IMG/VR virus record: IMGVR_UViG_3300024181_000002
Coordinates: 1 to 35,812 of that record
Source of the DNA: a virus
Taxonomy: Duplodnaviria; Caudoviricetes
DNA: 35,812 nucleotides
Strand: one strand, 5' to 3'
Of the stretch, positions 18,392 to 26,226 are shown piece by piece; the stretch's first letter is position 1; each line of letters begins with the position of its first letter. A model generated the notes under the pieces. That model searched no databases, was not told where the DNA came from, and worked only from the letters and a program-made list of their open reading frames with translations. A program made the position numbers and the translations under genes.

Positions 18392-18559
18392 TTAAAAGGG
18401 CAGCCGTCCTTCTGCTACATCTTTCTTCTGCTGGTCCTCTTGTTCTTTAGTCAGTGTTGGTCGCCAGACTTTCTCTCCCATTGGGTGTAGCTTGTCAGAG
18501 TATGTCTGTACTAGGCCGAGCTTTACGGCCTTATCGTACGGCATCACGTGAGGGATCAT
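18392..18559 (-). CDS. 55-aa protein ending ...KDVAEGRLPF
   Basis: GGAGG RBS; ATGA overlap with upstream gene; below ORF-track cutoff. Confidence 0.65.
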   Translation of the reverse strand: MIPHVMPYDKAVKLGLVQTYSDKLHPMGEKVWRPTLTKEQEDQQKKDVAEGRLPF

Positions 18560-18792
18560 TCTTCCTCCATAGCCTTATCAATACATTCACGAAGATTAGC
18601 GCCAGTCCGGCATTCCCATACATAGAAATCAAGAAGGCCGTGCTGCCAATTGTTTTTCTCTAGAAAGTTCAGTCGTTCAGTATCATCGTGGGGATTCATT
18701 GCTTGCTCTAATAACCTTTCCCACGTTCCGCGACTTACGATCACCCCGTCAGCCAGGTCTTTCTTTACTTGCTCTAACTCTGTCAAAGTCAT
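18556..18792 (-). CDS. Hypothetical protein (DTERLNFLE...LRECIDKAM module)
   Basis: GAGGAG RBS; coupled ORF; common phage motif. Confidence 0.65.
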   Translation of the reverse strand: MTLTELEQVKKDLADGVIVSRGTWERLLEQAMNPHDDTERLNFLEKNNWQHGLLDFYVWECRTGANLRECIDKAMEEE

Positions 18793-19082
18793 TTTTGCAA
18801 CTCCTCATTGTCAATTTTTTCACGAACAGCTTTTGCAACCGCTGCTTCTGAGAATCCAGTGGAAATTTTCGATTTACTCAAAGATTTCCACTTTTTTACC
18901 GGACTTTCACCAGGCAGTACGGGCTTTCTATCGGAGCACATCGTACAAGTCGGCAGATCGCTTTCCTTCTCGACTTTGTAACTATTCTTCCGAAGTCCGC
19001 CAGTTGAGTACATCCGACATACAGTGTCGTATCCAGTCCAAATATGACGTGTCTTAGGTTTCTTCTTTCGTACTAGGTACAT
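18789..19082 (-). CDS. Small basic putative Zn-binding protein
   Basis: GGAG RBS; H...C...CxxC pattern. Confidence 0.65.
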   Translation of the reverse strand: MYLVRKKKPKTRHIWTGYDTVCRMYSTGGLRKNSYKVEKESDLPTCTMCSDRKPVLPGESPVKKWKSLSKSKISTGFSEAAVAKAVREKIDNEELQK

Positions 19083-19353
19083 TTACTTCTCCGTCTTATC
19101 TTAGTCTTTAGGGGAGATTGCAAGGGGCTTGAGCAGACCTAGCCCTTAATCTGAACTAAGCCTTCACAGGACAACCACTAATTGCAGTGGGGAATCGCCT
19201 GACCCGACAGTCTTTCGAGGAACCGGCACTATCTTCGCCACCGGCTTACGTGGTATTGCATCCTCTTCACCCCCTAGTACCACTTCTCGCTCATACCGCT
19301 AGGGGTTTGCATTCCCCGGTTAAGAGCCAACCAATACCAAGCCAGTACAGACG

Positions 19354-19462
19354 AAAAAAAGCCCAAAATACTTTAGGAGTCCGGGCCTGCCAGCCTCGAG
19401 GAGTAACGGACTAGGTAACGTCACTACTCGATTTTGCGGACTTCTAAAACACTTTGGGCTTA
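19354..19462 (-). ncRNA. C4/CI-type antisense RNA (copy 1)
   Basis: ~25-bp closing stem plus U-run; internal ACCTAGTC and CTGGCAGG complementary to upstream GACTAGGT and CCTGCCAG. Confidence 0.75.
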
Positions 19463-19511
19463 CATCACCTAGTCATACTTTTCATCAGAACTGGCAGGAA
19501 CTGATGAGCGC

Positions 19512-19540
19512 ATTATGGACTAACAGCAACTTGACTGCAA
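19512..19540 (-). promoter_or_regulatory. Sigma70 promoter for C4-like RNA 1
   Basis: TTGCAG-17-CATAAT on - strand. Confidence 0.7.
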
Positions 19541-19557
19541 GCACTTTGTTGCTGTTG

Positions 19558-19863
19558 CTATTCGCCAGTTGCTTTCTGGATGGCTGCGCGTGCTTTGGCG
19601 ACAGGAGTATCTTGCAGAGCAACGATTTTTCCAGTGTGTCGCTCGATAGCCTTTAAAAGTGATTGGCAAGCTTCTAAAAGCTCCGGCGCAGCAGATATCA
19701 GACGCGTATCAGCCTCAGCATTGGTCAAGCCGCCTTCATAGCTGCTGTAGTAGGTCTGCGTGATAGTCTTGCCAACTGCAGTTACTCGGTAGCGGATGCG
19801 GCCTGTTGGATCATTTTTAACTGGATCACTGTCCCAATGCCATGGTCCCGGCGTGAATTTCAT
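19558..19863 (-). CDS. Phage protein with TPGPW...ADTRLISAAPELLEA motif
   Basis: Widely seen early-gene motif; GGAG RBS. Confidence 0.8.
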   Translation of the reverse strand: MKFTPGPWHWDSDPVKNDPTGRIRYRVTAVGKTITQTYYSSYEGGLTNAEADTRLISAAPELLEACQSLLKAIERHTGKIVALQDTPVAKARAAIQKATGE

Positions 19864-19872
19864 TCTCTTCTC

Positions 19873-20097
19873 CTAGTGTTGTAGAAGCCTTTCAGCTTCA
19901 GTGTAAATACTCATCGTTTTCTTGAACGGGAAGCGCTCGTTATCGGCTCCGAACTCGTCTTCCCATTCCTTTTGAGCGAACCAGGTTGCCAGTGCATAAG
20001 CTTCGTGGAAAGCCTCATCTTGCTCGTGCTGGAGGCGAAGATACTCGTCTTGAGTGACTGGCTTCTTTCTGCCATCAGGATAGTACCAAGTAGGCAT
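19873..20097 (-). CDS. Small acidic early protein
   Basis: TAATG-coupled ORF in early operon. Confidence 0.65.
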   Translation of the reverse strand: MPTWYYPDGRKKPVTQDEYLRLQHEQDEAFHEAYALATWFAQKEWEDEFGADNERFPFKKTMSIYTEAERLLQH

Positions 20098-20201
20098 TAC
20101 AGACTCATCGCAAAATAGCCGAGAGCACTAGCTGACAGGATCAGAATCAGCAGACAGGCCGGAACGTTGAAACGTGGCCTAGTGGTGGGGATTTTGTTCA
20201 T
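20097..20201 (-). CDS. 34-aa single-TM peptide
   Basis: AAGGAG RBS before MNKIPTT; hydrophobic C-terminus. Confidence 0.6.
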   Translation of the reverse strand: MNKIPTTRPRFNVPACLLILILSASALGYFAMSL

Positions 20202-20217
20202 CTTCTTCTCCTTGGCA

Positions 20218-20436
20218 TTACGCAGGCTCTGCATCACTGAAATCAAACTCATCGCCAGCATCAAGCGAAACATCAGAATCATTGACGCCAACAAGCTTGT
20301 CGAATCCTCCGTTTCCAGCATAACCAGTTAGGCCAGGGAATTTTTCATAAGCCATTTCAATAGCTCCCTGTTCGGTTTCAGCCTCTACCTTAATGGTCAC
20401 GCCAATGGTAGCTGTACCATATACATTAAATTTCAT
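20218..20436 (-). CDS. First leftward early protein, acidic
   Basis: AGGAG RBS; VEAETEQGAIE motif; D/E-rich tail. Confidence 0.7.
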   Translation of the reverse strand: MKFNVYGTATIGVTIKVEAETEQGAIEMAYEKFPGLTGYAGNGGFDKLVGVNDSDVSLDAGDEFDFSDAEPA

Positions 20437-20484
20437 CTTCTTCTCCTAGTGTGGGAGCGCTTATGCGCTGCTTCCATGTAGAGA

Positions 20485-20576
20485 ACTATAGCCCATAAAA
20501 ATACGTTTCGCAAGAACTATTTGAAACGTACGGATGAACTAAATATCTTGCGGCCGCGAACCATATGGCATATGAT
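20485..20576. promoter_or_regulatory. Divergent early promoter pair with operator-like repeats
   Basis: Left TTGCGA-17-TATAGT (20513-20485); right TTGCGG-17-TATGAT (20548-20576); inverted repeat TACGTTTC...GAAACGTA; repeated GAACTA. Confidence 0.75.
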
Positions 20577-20605
20577 GAAGCCATCAACAAAGAACTGGAG
20601 AAATC

Positions 20606-20842
20606 GTGACACGAACCAAAGGGCCTAAGAAGCCGCATGCTTTGTTGGATGCGCTTCTTTCAGAGAATCGTCTACGTAACGATTCCCATCTTGCAGACGA
20701 AATCGGCTATACCAAGGGACGAATCTGCGAATATAGAAATGGTACACAAATGAGCGCGGAATTCATCCTGACGATCATGCGCAAGTTTGGGTGGTCACTG
20801 AAGAAAATCGATGCATTAATAGCCGAATCAAAGGAGGAATAA
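20606..20842 (+). CDS. Cro/XRE-like HTH regulator
   Basis: GGAG RBS, GTG start; NDSHLADEIGYTKGRICEYRNG HTH. Confidence 0.8.
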   Translation: MTRTKGPKKPHALLDALLSENRLRNDSHLADEIGYTKGRICEYRNGTQMSAEFILTIMRKFGWSLKKIDALIAESKEE

Positions 20843-20844
20843 TC

Positions 20845-21018
20845 ATGCTGACCTATGACGGAGTAAAGCGCGCAAACAACAATGAGCGTGCTGTATTGAC
20901 TGAGGAGCAGTCACGTAAGGCTACGCTATTGGCTCTGTATGATCGTATGGATGAGCAGGGGAAGAAATATGCGCTCGCTGTCTTTGCTTCCTTGGCTAAG
21001 CTGGCTGAGAGACATTGA
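20845..21018 (+). CDS. Small hypothetical protein
   Basis: GGAGG RBS before ATG 20845. Confidence 0.6.
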   Translation: MLTYDGVKRANNNERAVLTEEQSRKATLLALYDRMDEQGKKYALAVFASLAKLAERH

Positions 21019-21470
21019 TGCAAGGCCAATTCCCCAAGCGCGTATTCTTCCTCCGTGAAGAGCGTAACCGCGACACTCTGCTAGGGCTTATCAGGAATTT
21101 GCCGTTGGATCAGGATAAGCCTATGCAGGTGACGGTCGAGCCTTATAAGCGGCCACGTAAGCTAGACCAAAATGCCCTTTATCACGCGGGGCCGCTGAAG
21201 GATATCGCTGAACAGCTATTCATTGAAGGACGCCAGTATAGTGCGGAAGTCTTACACCGATATCTGAAAGAACAGTTCCTCCCTGAAGAGTACATTGAGG
21301 ATGAGTGCTTGGCAGGTTATCGGAAGTGGGATTACGACCCATCAGGAAATCGTGTTTTGGTTGGTAGCACGACCCAATTGACCGTGCGCGGATTCAGTAT
21401 TTTCCTTGAGCAGGTTCATGCATTCGGGGCCAATATGGGCGTTGAATTTCACACACGCGAGGAACGATGA
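21015..21470 (+). CDS. ninB: NinB-family recombination protein
   Basis: R.LDQNALYH...DIA.Q and STTQLTV..FS.FLE.V.AFGA..GV.F signatures. Confidence 0.8.
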   Translation: MMQGQFPKRVFFLREERNRDTLLGLIRNLPLDQDKPMQVTVEPYKRPRKLDQNALYHAGPLKDIAEQLFIEGRQYSAEVLHRYLKEQFLPEEYIEDECLAGYRKWDYDPSGNRVLVGSTTQLTVRGFSIFLEQVHAFGANMGVEFHTREER

Positions 21471-22234
21471 ATGACATGGCTATTCAGCAAAGCATTAATG
21501 GAGGATTACGAGAACTCGCGCTGTTCGCAGGCGCTGGCGGAGGAATATTGGGAGGCCACTTGCTCGGCTGGCGAACCGTATGCGCAGTTGAACGTGATGC
21601 CTACGCCGCACAAGTTCTGGCGCAACGACAAAACGATGGAATTCTCAGACCTTTCCCGATTTGGTCTGACGTTACGACTTTTGACGGAAGGCCATGGAGA
21701 GGCTGTATTGATGTGGTTTCAGCAGGGTTTCCTTGCCAAGGTATTTCCGTTGCTGGAAGGGGCGAAGGACTTGACGATGAAAGATCAGGATTATGGAGAG
21801 AAGTCCCCCGCATCGTTCGCGAAACTGGCGCGAGATTTGTCTGGCTGGAAAACTCACCAGCTCTCACTTCTAGGGGGCTTGGAAGAGTTCTCGCAGACCT
21901 GGCCCAAATGGGGTTTGATGCTAAATGGGGAGTGCTGGGAGCTGGACACGTCGGCGCTTGGCATTTACGAGAACGAATCTGGATATTTGCTGCCGACAAT
22001 CGGGAAAAACGAATACAAAGGCAGTTCTGCAAAACGGTTCAAAGGCTCTCCGCACTTCCGGGGTGCAAAAATGGTGGAGGGATTGAGGACTTGTTCAACA
22101 GATCCGATTTGCCTGACCCCCTCATTCGCGGAAGTGGCAATGCTGTGGCCGATTACGTGGACAGAATTGCATGCATCGGTAACGGACAGGTTCCAGCAGT
22201 GGCAGCAACAGCATGGAGGATTCTTAGCCAATGA
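21467..22234 (+). CDS. C5 cytosine DNA methyltransferase, alpha chain (motifs I-VIII and X)
   Basis: LFAGAGG, GFPCQ, ENS, RERIWI, IGNGQVP. Confidence 0.92.
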   Translation: MNDMAIQQSINGGLRELALFAGAGGGILGGHLLGWRTVCAVERDAYAAQVLAQRQNDGILRPFPIWSDVTTFDGRPWRGCIDVVSAGFPCQGISVAGRGEGLDDERSGLWREVPRIVRETGARFVWLENSPALTSRGLGRVLADLAQMGFDAKWGVLGAGHVGAWHLRERIWIFAADNREKRIQRQFCKTVQRLSALPGCKNGGGIEDLFNRSDLPDPLIRGSGNAVADYVDRIACIGNGQVPAVAATAWRILSQ

Positions 22235-22244
22235 AACGAAATAA
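21471..22244 (+). CDS. Overlapping-frame MTase beta chain (motif IX)
   Basis: 257-codon +1 frame ORF nested over the MTase; ends with LTPSFAEVAMLWPITWT, motif IX-like. Confidence 0.65.
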   Translation: MTWLFSKALMEDYENSRCSQALAEEYWEATCSAGEPYAQLNVMPTPHKFWRNDKTMEFSDLSRFGLTLRLLTEGHGEAVLMWFQQGFLAKVFPLLEGAKDLTMKDQDYGEKSPASFAKLARDLSGWKTHQLSLLGGLEEFSQTWPKWGLMLNGECWELDTSALGIYENESGYLLPTIGKNEYKGSSAKRFKGSPHFRGAKMVEGLRTCSTDPICLTPSFAEVAMLWPITWTELHASVTDRFQQWQQQHGGFLANETK

Positions 22245-22551
22245 GCCAATGAAGTCAAAGCAACGTGCTGTGACTGCAGAAGAGAAAAAGCTTTGGGATA
22301 AACTAGCTCAGCTAGGATGCATTGCTTGTATCAAGGATGGTCATTACCAGCCACATGTAAGTATCCATCATATTGATGGCCGAACTAAGCCGGATTGCCA
22401 CAAGCTAGTGTTGCCACTGTGTTCTGGTCATCATCAAGACGGAACGGGCGCACCAGGCTTGATTGCTGTGCATCCCTGGAAAGCTCGATTTGAACGTGAA
22501 TATGGATCGCAGCTTGAATTGCTGGCCCAATGCATGGAGATGATCGGATGA
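22231..22551 (+). CDS. Ref-like HNH recombination nuclease
   Basis: LGCIAC...IHHI.G......LPLC..HH...G...H..K..FE..YG. Confidence 0.75.
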   Translation: MKRNKPMKSKQRAVTAEEKKLWDKLAQLGCIACIKDGHYQPHVSIHHIDGRTKPDCHKLVLPLCSGHHQDGTGAPGLIAVHPWKARFEREYGSQLELLAQCMEMIG

Positions 22552-22847
22552 GAGCGGCGAAAATCGACGCTAATCAGCCAGAAATCGTCCAGGCGCTCCG
22601 ATCAATGGGTGCTAGCGTCCAGCACCTTCATTCAGTGGGCCAAGGCTGTCCTGACCTTCTATGCGCCATTTCAGGGGTGGGCAACTTTCTAGTTGAAATT
22701 AAAGATGGGTCTAAGCCGCCTAGCAAGCAAAAGCTAACGCCGGATCAAATCGACTGGCATAGCAAGTGGCGAGCACCGGTCTATATCGTAAACAGCATTC
22801 ATCAAGTTGTGGATTTGATACAAAAACTCAAACAGGAGGCATCATGA
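22548..22847 (+). CDS. VRR-NUC / PD-(D/E)XK resolvase-like nuclease
   Basis: DANQ.EIV, G.PDLL, VEIK, KLTPDQ. Confidence 0.85.
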   Translation: MRAAKIDANQPEIVQALRSMGASVQHLHSVGQGCPDLLCAISGVGNFLVEIKDGSKPPSKQKLTPDQIDWHSKWRAPVYIVNSIHQVVDLIQKLKQEAS

Positions 22848-22999
22848 AAGCATTTCATGGCTATCCACACACCTGCTACCGAACTGAGCGCCGCCATGCA
22901 TTGCCCCGCATCATAGGATGGCTACTAGCAGTAGCTTGCTGGATACCAGTAGTTGCTGTATGGGCGCTCACGTCAGAGCAACAACTACGGTTATGGTAG
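22844..22999 (+). CDS. Small membrane protein
   Basis: GGAGG RBS; one hydrophobic segment. Confidence 0.55.
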   Translation: MKAFHGYPHTCYRTERRHALPRIIGWLLAVACWIPVVAVWALTSEQQLRLW

Positions 23000-23011
23000 T
23001 TGCAAAATTTC

Positions 23012-23040
23012 TTGGCCGGAATTGATTTCTGAGCGATAAT
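23012..23040 (+). promoter_or_regulatory. Promoter for C4-like RNA 2 and replication genes
   Basis: TTGGCC-17-GATAAT. Confidence 0.6.
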
Positions 23041-23122
23041 AGTCGTGTTGTCGCGCAATGCGATGACGCCTGAGCACCAGTCGAAAATCTTGGAGGGTTG
23101 AGACTGGATAACTGCAACAAAG

Positions 23123-23210
23123 TAGGCGCGTAGGGATGGGTAGAGCAAGCCGCCGGGCCCTCTCCCCGAACTTTGCGGGGTTCCTCCAAGAACCCATCCC
23201 TACGCGTCTG
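23123..23210 (+). ncRNA. C4/CI-type antisense cloverleaf RNA (copy 2)
   Basis: 19-bp stem TAGGCGCGTAGGGATGGGT / ACCCATCCCTACGCGTCTG; internal CCTCCAAGA and ACTTTG complementary to upstream TCTTGGAGG and CAAAGT. Confidence 0.7.
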
Positions 23211-23219
23211 GAAGGGAAT

Positions 23220-24005
23220 ATGTACTACTTCAAAATCCATGTCGGCGACTACGCCAAAAAAACGGGACACTTGTCTCCACTTGAACATGGCATCTACTTG
23301 CTCATTCTTCATGCTTACTATGATCGTGAGCTTGCCCCGACTCTTTTAGAAGCTACTCGATGGGCAAGAGCGCGTACTGAAGAGGAAAAACAAGCTGTTC
23401 TTGGCATTCTTGATGAATTTTTTGAACTTGATGCAAATGGACGATACGTACAACACCGCGTTGAGCAGGAATTAGCTTCTTACCAAGGTAGAGCAGAAAT
23501 TAATCGATCCATAGCAATTGAGCGTGAAAAAAATAAAAAAGCACGAAAAGAGAACGAATCGTGCACGAATGGTTCACCACAAGAGCACGAAAGTAGCACC
23601 AAAGAGCAACCTAACCATAAACCACTAACCACTAACCATAAACCAATAGAGAAAGTCAAAACCATTGTCCCGCCTAGCGGCGAGACGGCAGAGGTTTTCG
23701 CCTATTGGCAAGTGAAGATGAACCATCAGCAGGCAAAATTGGATGCCAAGCGAACGAAAGCGATCACCGCCAGGCTGAAGGACGGTTACACGGTTGGAGA
23801 ACTCTGCGAGGCGATTGATGGTTGCTTGCTTTCCCCACATCACATGGGAAAAAACGAAACCAGAACGATCTATGACGACATCGAGCTGATCTGCCGTGAT
23901 GGTCCTAAGGTTGACCGGTTTATCAAACTTGCAAGACAGGATGGCCCGCAGAACGAATTGCAGGCATACATCAAGGATTTGGAAGAGTGGGGGGCTATGA
24001 AATGA
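23220..24005 (+). CDS. Replication initiator (DUF1376/YdaU-like N-terminus)
   Basis: MYYFKIHVGDY...T.HLS.LEHG.Y..L...YY signature; internal iteron-like repeats; GGAAGGG RBS. Confidence 0.85.
   Translation: MYYFKIHVGDYAKKTGHLSPLEHGIYLLILHAYYDRELAPTLLEATRWARARTEEEKQAVLGILDEFFELDANGRYVQHRVEQELASYQGRAEINRSIAIEREKNKKARKENESCTNGSPQEHESSTKEQPNHKPLTTNHKPIEKVKTIVPPSGETAEVFAYWQVKMNHQQAKLDAKRTKAITARLKDGYTVGELCEAIDGCLLSPHHMGKNETRTIYDDIELICRDGPKVDRFIKLARQDGPQNELQAYIKDLEEWGAMK
23541..23650. repeat. Iteron-like repeats, probable replication origin
   Basis: GCACGAA x3, palindrome TCGTGCACGA, AAGAGCA x2, TAACCA(T/C) x3 inside the initiator gene. Confidence 0.6.
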
Positions 24006-24652
24006 CAGCAGAAGAATTCGCAAAGGCAATGATTTTCCTGAAGGCAGAATATCCGAACATGGCTTCAATTACCGGGCCGCGCCGAGAAATGTGGTGGGCA
24101 GCACTGGCTAGCTATCCTGATGGCGTTTTGATGAATGCCGTAACGAACCACATCAAGACAAGCAGCTTTGAGCCACACCTGAACGACATACTTAAAGGAT
24201 GTGATGCACAAACTGATGGCGGTTGGCTTGGGGTCGAGGAAGCCTGGGCGCTGATGCCAAAATCCGAGCACGAGTCCGCCATGCTGACAGACGAGATTGC
24301 TCAGGCTATCGCGGTAGCAACTCCATTGATTGAAGAGGGCGACCGAGTTGCAGCTCGGATGGCATTCAAGGATGCTTACTTACGCTTGGTTGAGCGCGCC
24401 AAGCTGGAAGGCCGTAAACCGCGTTATTTCCCTTCCTATGGCACAGATAGGCATGGAGTCATCTCTATGCTCGCAAAGGCCGTGCAGGTAGGTCAAATCG
24501 CATTAGAAGCGGCTTTGGAATGGAAGCCGGAGCATGCGACCGAGATTGTGAAGATGGCAGGGATTAAAAGCCATCCATTGCTTGCTGGGCCAAGCGAAAA
24601 AGGCAAAGCGGCTGTGAAAGCTTTGCTAGCTGACCTGAGGGCTACAAAATGA
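24002..24652 (+). CDS. Putative helicase loader / replication accessory protein
   Basis: ATGA-coupled to initiator; W...L..YP.......V..H......F.P...DI loader-like N-terminus. Confidence 0.6.
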   Translation: MTAEEFAKAMIFLKAEYPNMASITGPRREMWWAALASYPDGVLMNAVTNHIKTSSFEPHLNDILKGCDAQTDGGWLGVEEAWALMPKSEHESAMLTDEIAQAIAVATPLIEEGDRVAARMAFKDAYLRLVERAKLEGRKPRYFPSYGTDRHGVISMLAKAVQVGQIALEAALEWKPEHATEIVKMAGIKSHPLLAGPSEKGKAAVKALLADLRATK

Positions 24653-24837
24653 GCGCCGTCTTGGTTGCAGAGGCAGAAGCGAAATATCCGACTTACACGG
24701 CAAACGGGATCGATCATAAAGCATGGGCAAAACGCTTTATTTATCGGGCAGAGAGACGAGATAGGGATTTACTTCCAATCCAAATCTTGTTTGCATATCA
24801 AGCGTTAGAACTAGAAGTTCCAAAAATCCCAAACTAG
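24649..24837 (+). CDS. Hypothetical protein
   Basis: Coupled ORF; DHKAWAKR motif. Confidence 0.6.
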   Translation: MSAVLVAEAEAKYPTYTANGIDHKAWAKRFIYRAERRDRDLLPIQILFAYQALELEVPKIPN

Positions 24838-24846
24838 GAGAAAGAA

Positions 24847-25032
24847 ATGGATGACGAATTTGTTGTGATTATGTTTTTAATAGTGCTAATGGGAATTGGC
24901 GCAGCAGTTGGAGCCTTTGCATCTAATGTATCTACAAACAATTCAACGTTTAAAGACTGTCAGCGATATGGGAAAACTGTATTGCGAGATAAGATTATTG
25001 AATGCAAGATTATTAGCGAGGATGTGAAATGA
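24847..25032 (+). CDS. Small membrane-anchored protein
   Basis: AGGAG RBS; N-terminal TM; two Cys. Confidence 0.6.
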   Translation: MDDEFVVIMFLIVLMGIGAAVGAFASNVSTNNSTFKDCQRYGKTVLRDKIIECKIISEDVK

Positions 25033-25361
25033 CGAAGGAATACACAGAAGCATTTGCACGCCAGGAAGTCATGCGACTACTGACAAAGGAATCGGCCGGA
25101 TTCTCTGACATGATGATGAGCCGGAAGCTTGGCATTGGACTGCCAGCTCTGCGCCTCGTATTGGAGAACATGGAGCGCGACAAGATCATCCACAAGGAGC
25201 CACTGGGCAAATGCAAGCGCTATTACATCCCGAGTGCATCTCAGCTTGCCGCAGAACAGGCCGAGAAACCGATTATGCGGCCCTTAGCGCCACGACTGCA
25301 GCACAAGGCTATCATTGAGCGCATCATGGGTGAACGCATGGCTATTGCTTCGATTGGGTGA
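25029..25361 (+). CDS. Winged-HTH protein
   Basis: MSRKLGIGLPALRLVLENME..KII...G....Y pattern. Confidence 0.6.
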   Translation: MTKEYTEAFARQEVMRLLTKESAGFSDMMMSRKLGIGLPALRLVLENMERDKIIHKEPLGKCKRYYIPSASQLAAEQAEKPIMRPLAPRLQHKAIIERIMGERMAIASIG

Positions 25362-25364
25362 TAT

Positions 25365-25643
25365 ATGTCAAAGAGCTACGCTAAGATTTCTAGCCGGATC
25401 AGAAAGAGCCGAAGAGAGACTATCTACAAGATGCTGCTTAAAAAGCATGGGCAGGTCTTATGTTTCGTATGCGGCCTGCCTGTGGATGAATCAAAAGCTA
25501 CTCTTGAACATATCAAACCACGATCCTTAGGCGGTACATTAGCTATGGATAATTTGGCTATTTCTCATGCCAAATGCAATCGCAAACGTGGTGCGAGCGA
25601 GGATATTGGAAACCGGAAGCTAACATTGGCAAATAAAAAATAA
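25365..25643 (+). CDS. HNH endonuclease
   Basis: CFVCG, TLEHIKPRSLGG, NL..SH..CN..RG. Confidence 0.88.
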   Translation: MSKSYAKISSRIRKSRRETIYKMLLKKHGQVLCFVCGLPVDESKATLEHIKPRSLGGTLAMDNLAISHAKCNRKRGASEDIGNRKLTLANKK

Positions 25644-25651
25644 GGTGATAT

Positions 25652-25930
25652 ATGAATGTGAAACCTGGAGATTTGGCGATTCAAATAAAATCGACAAGAG
25701 GGATGGAGGGGCGAATTTGCAAAGTTATTAGGTATATTGGATTTTGCATGTACGATAATCTTTCATGTGACTACGATACATGGGAATGCGAAATTCAAAG
25801 TCCTCAATTTAATATATTTGGTGTTAGATTTGATGCTGTGCCAATATCAGATTCTTGGCTCCGTCCTATATCTGGAATTCCTGATACCGATAAAGTGGAA
25901 GATGAAAAGCCTGTCAAGGAGGTAGCATGA
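25652..25930 (+). CDS. Hypothetical protein (KPGDLA...DSWLRPI family)
   Basis: AAGGTG RBS; motif common in betaproteobacterial phages. Confidence 0.7.
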   Translation: MNVKPGDLAIQIKSTRGMEGRICKVIRYIGFCMYDNLSCDYDTWECEIQSPQFNIFGVRFDAVPISDSWLRPISGIPDTDKVEDEKPVKEVA

Positions 25931-26226
25931 GCAACGACAAACAACAATCAGCATTTCCTCATCCTAAAAACGGTGGAGCATGGGGGATTGATCCGGTGCC
26001 AGGGATGACACTGAGGGATTATTTTGCAGCCCATGCGCCTGATATTCCTAACGATTTCTGCCGAGAGATCAAGTCAGAACCGACAGTGACAATACACGCG
26101 CCAGATTCGACAGGAAACACGAAAACTTTTGGTCAGCAGGCAGTTCCAGAGTCATACTGCTCTTGGCGCGCTCGATGGGCATATTTCTTTGCAGATGCAA
26201 TGATGGCTAAAAGGGAAAAGAAATGA
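25927..26226 (+). CDS. Phage protein with AFP...GMTLRDYFAA...ADAM motif
   Basis: Widely conserved phage motif; GGAGG RBS. Confidence 0.8.
   Translation: MSNDKQQSAFPHPKNGGAWGIDPVPGMTLRDYFAAHAPDIPNDFCREIKSEPTVTIHAPDSTGNTKTFGQQAVPESYCSWRARWAYFFADAMMAKREKK

Noticed and set aside
19187-19414. 75-aa + strand ORF in the non-coding gap
   Set aside because: No RBS, opposite to local transcription, and overlaps structured RNA.
19860-20448. Repeated GGAGAAGA(A)GATGAA-like start regions of early genes, similar to the start of the 9940 peptide
   Set aside because: Explained by a shared strong RBS and start context; too short to claim recombination cassettes.
23136-23219. N-terminal extension of the replication initiator
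   Set aside because: It falls inside the RNA cloverleaf; the family motif and RBS indicate a start at 23220.
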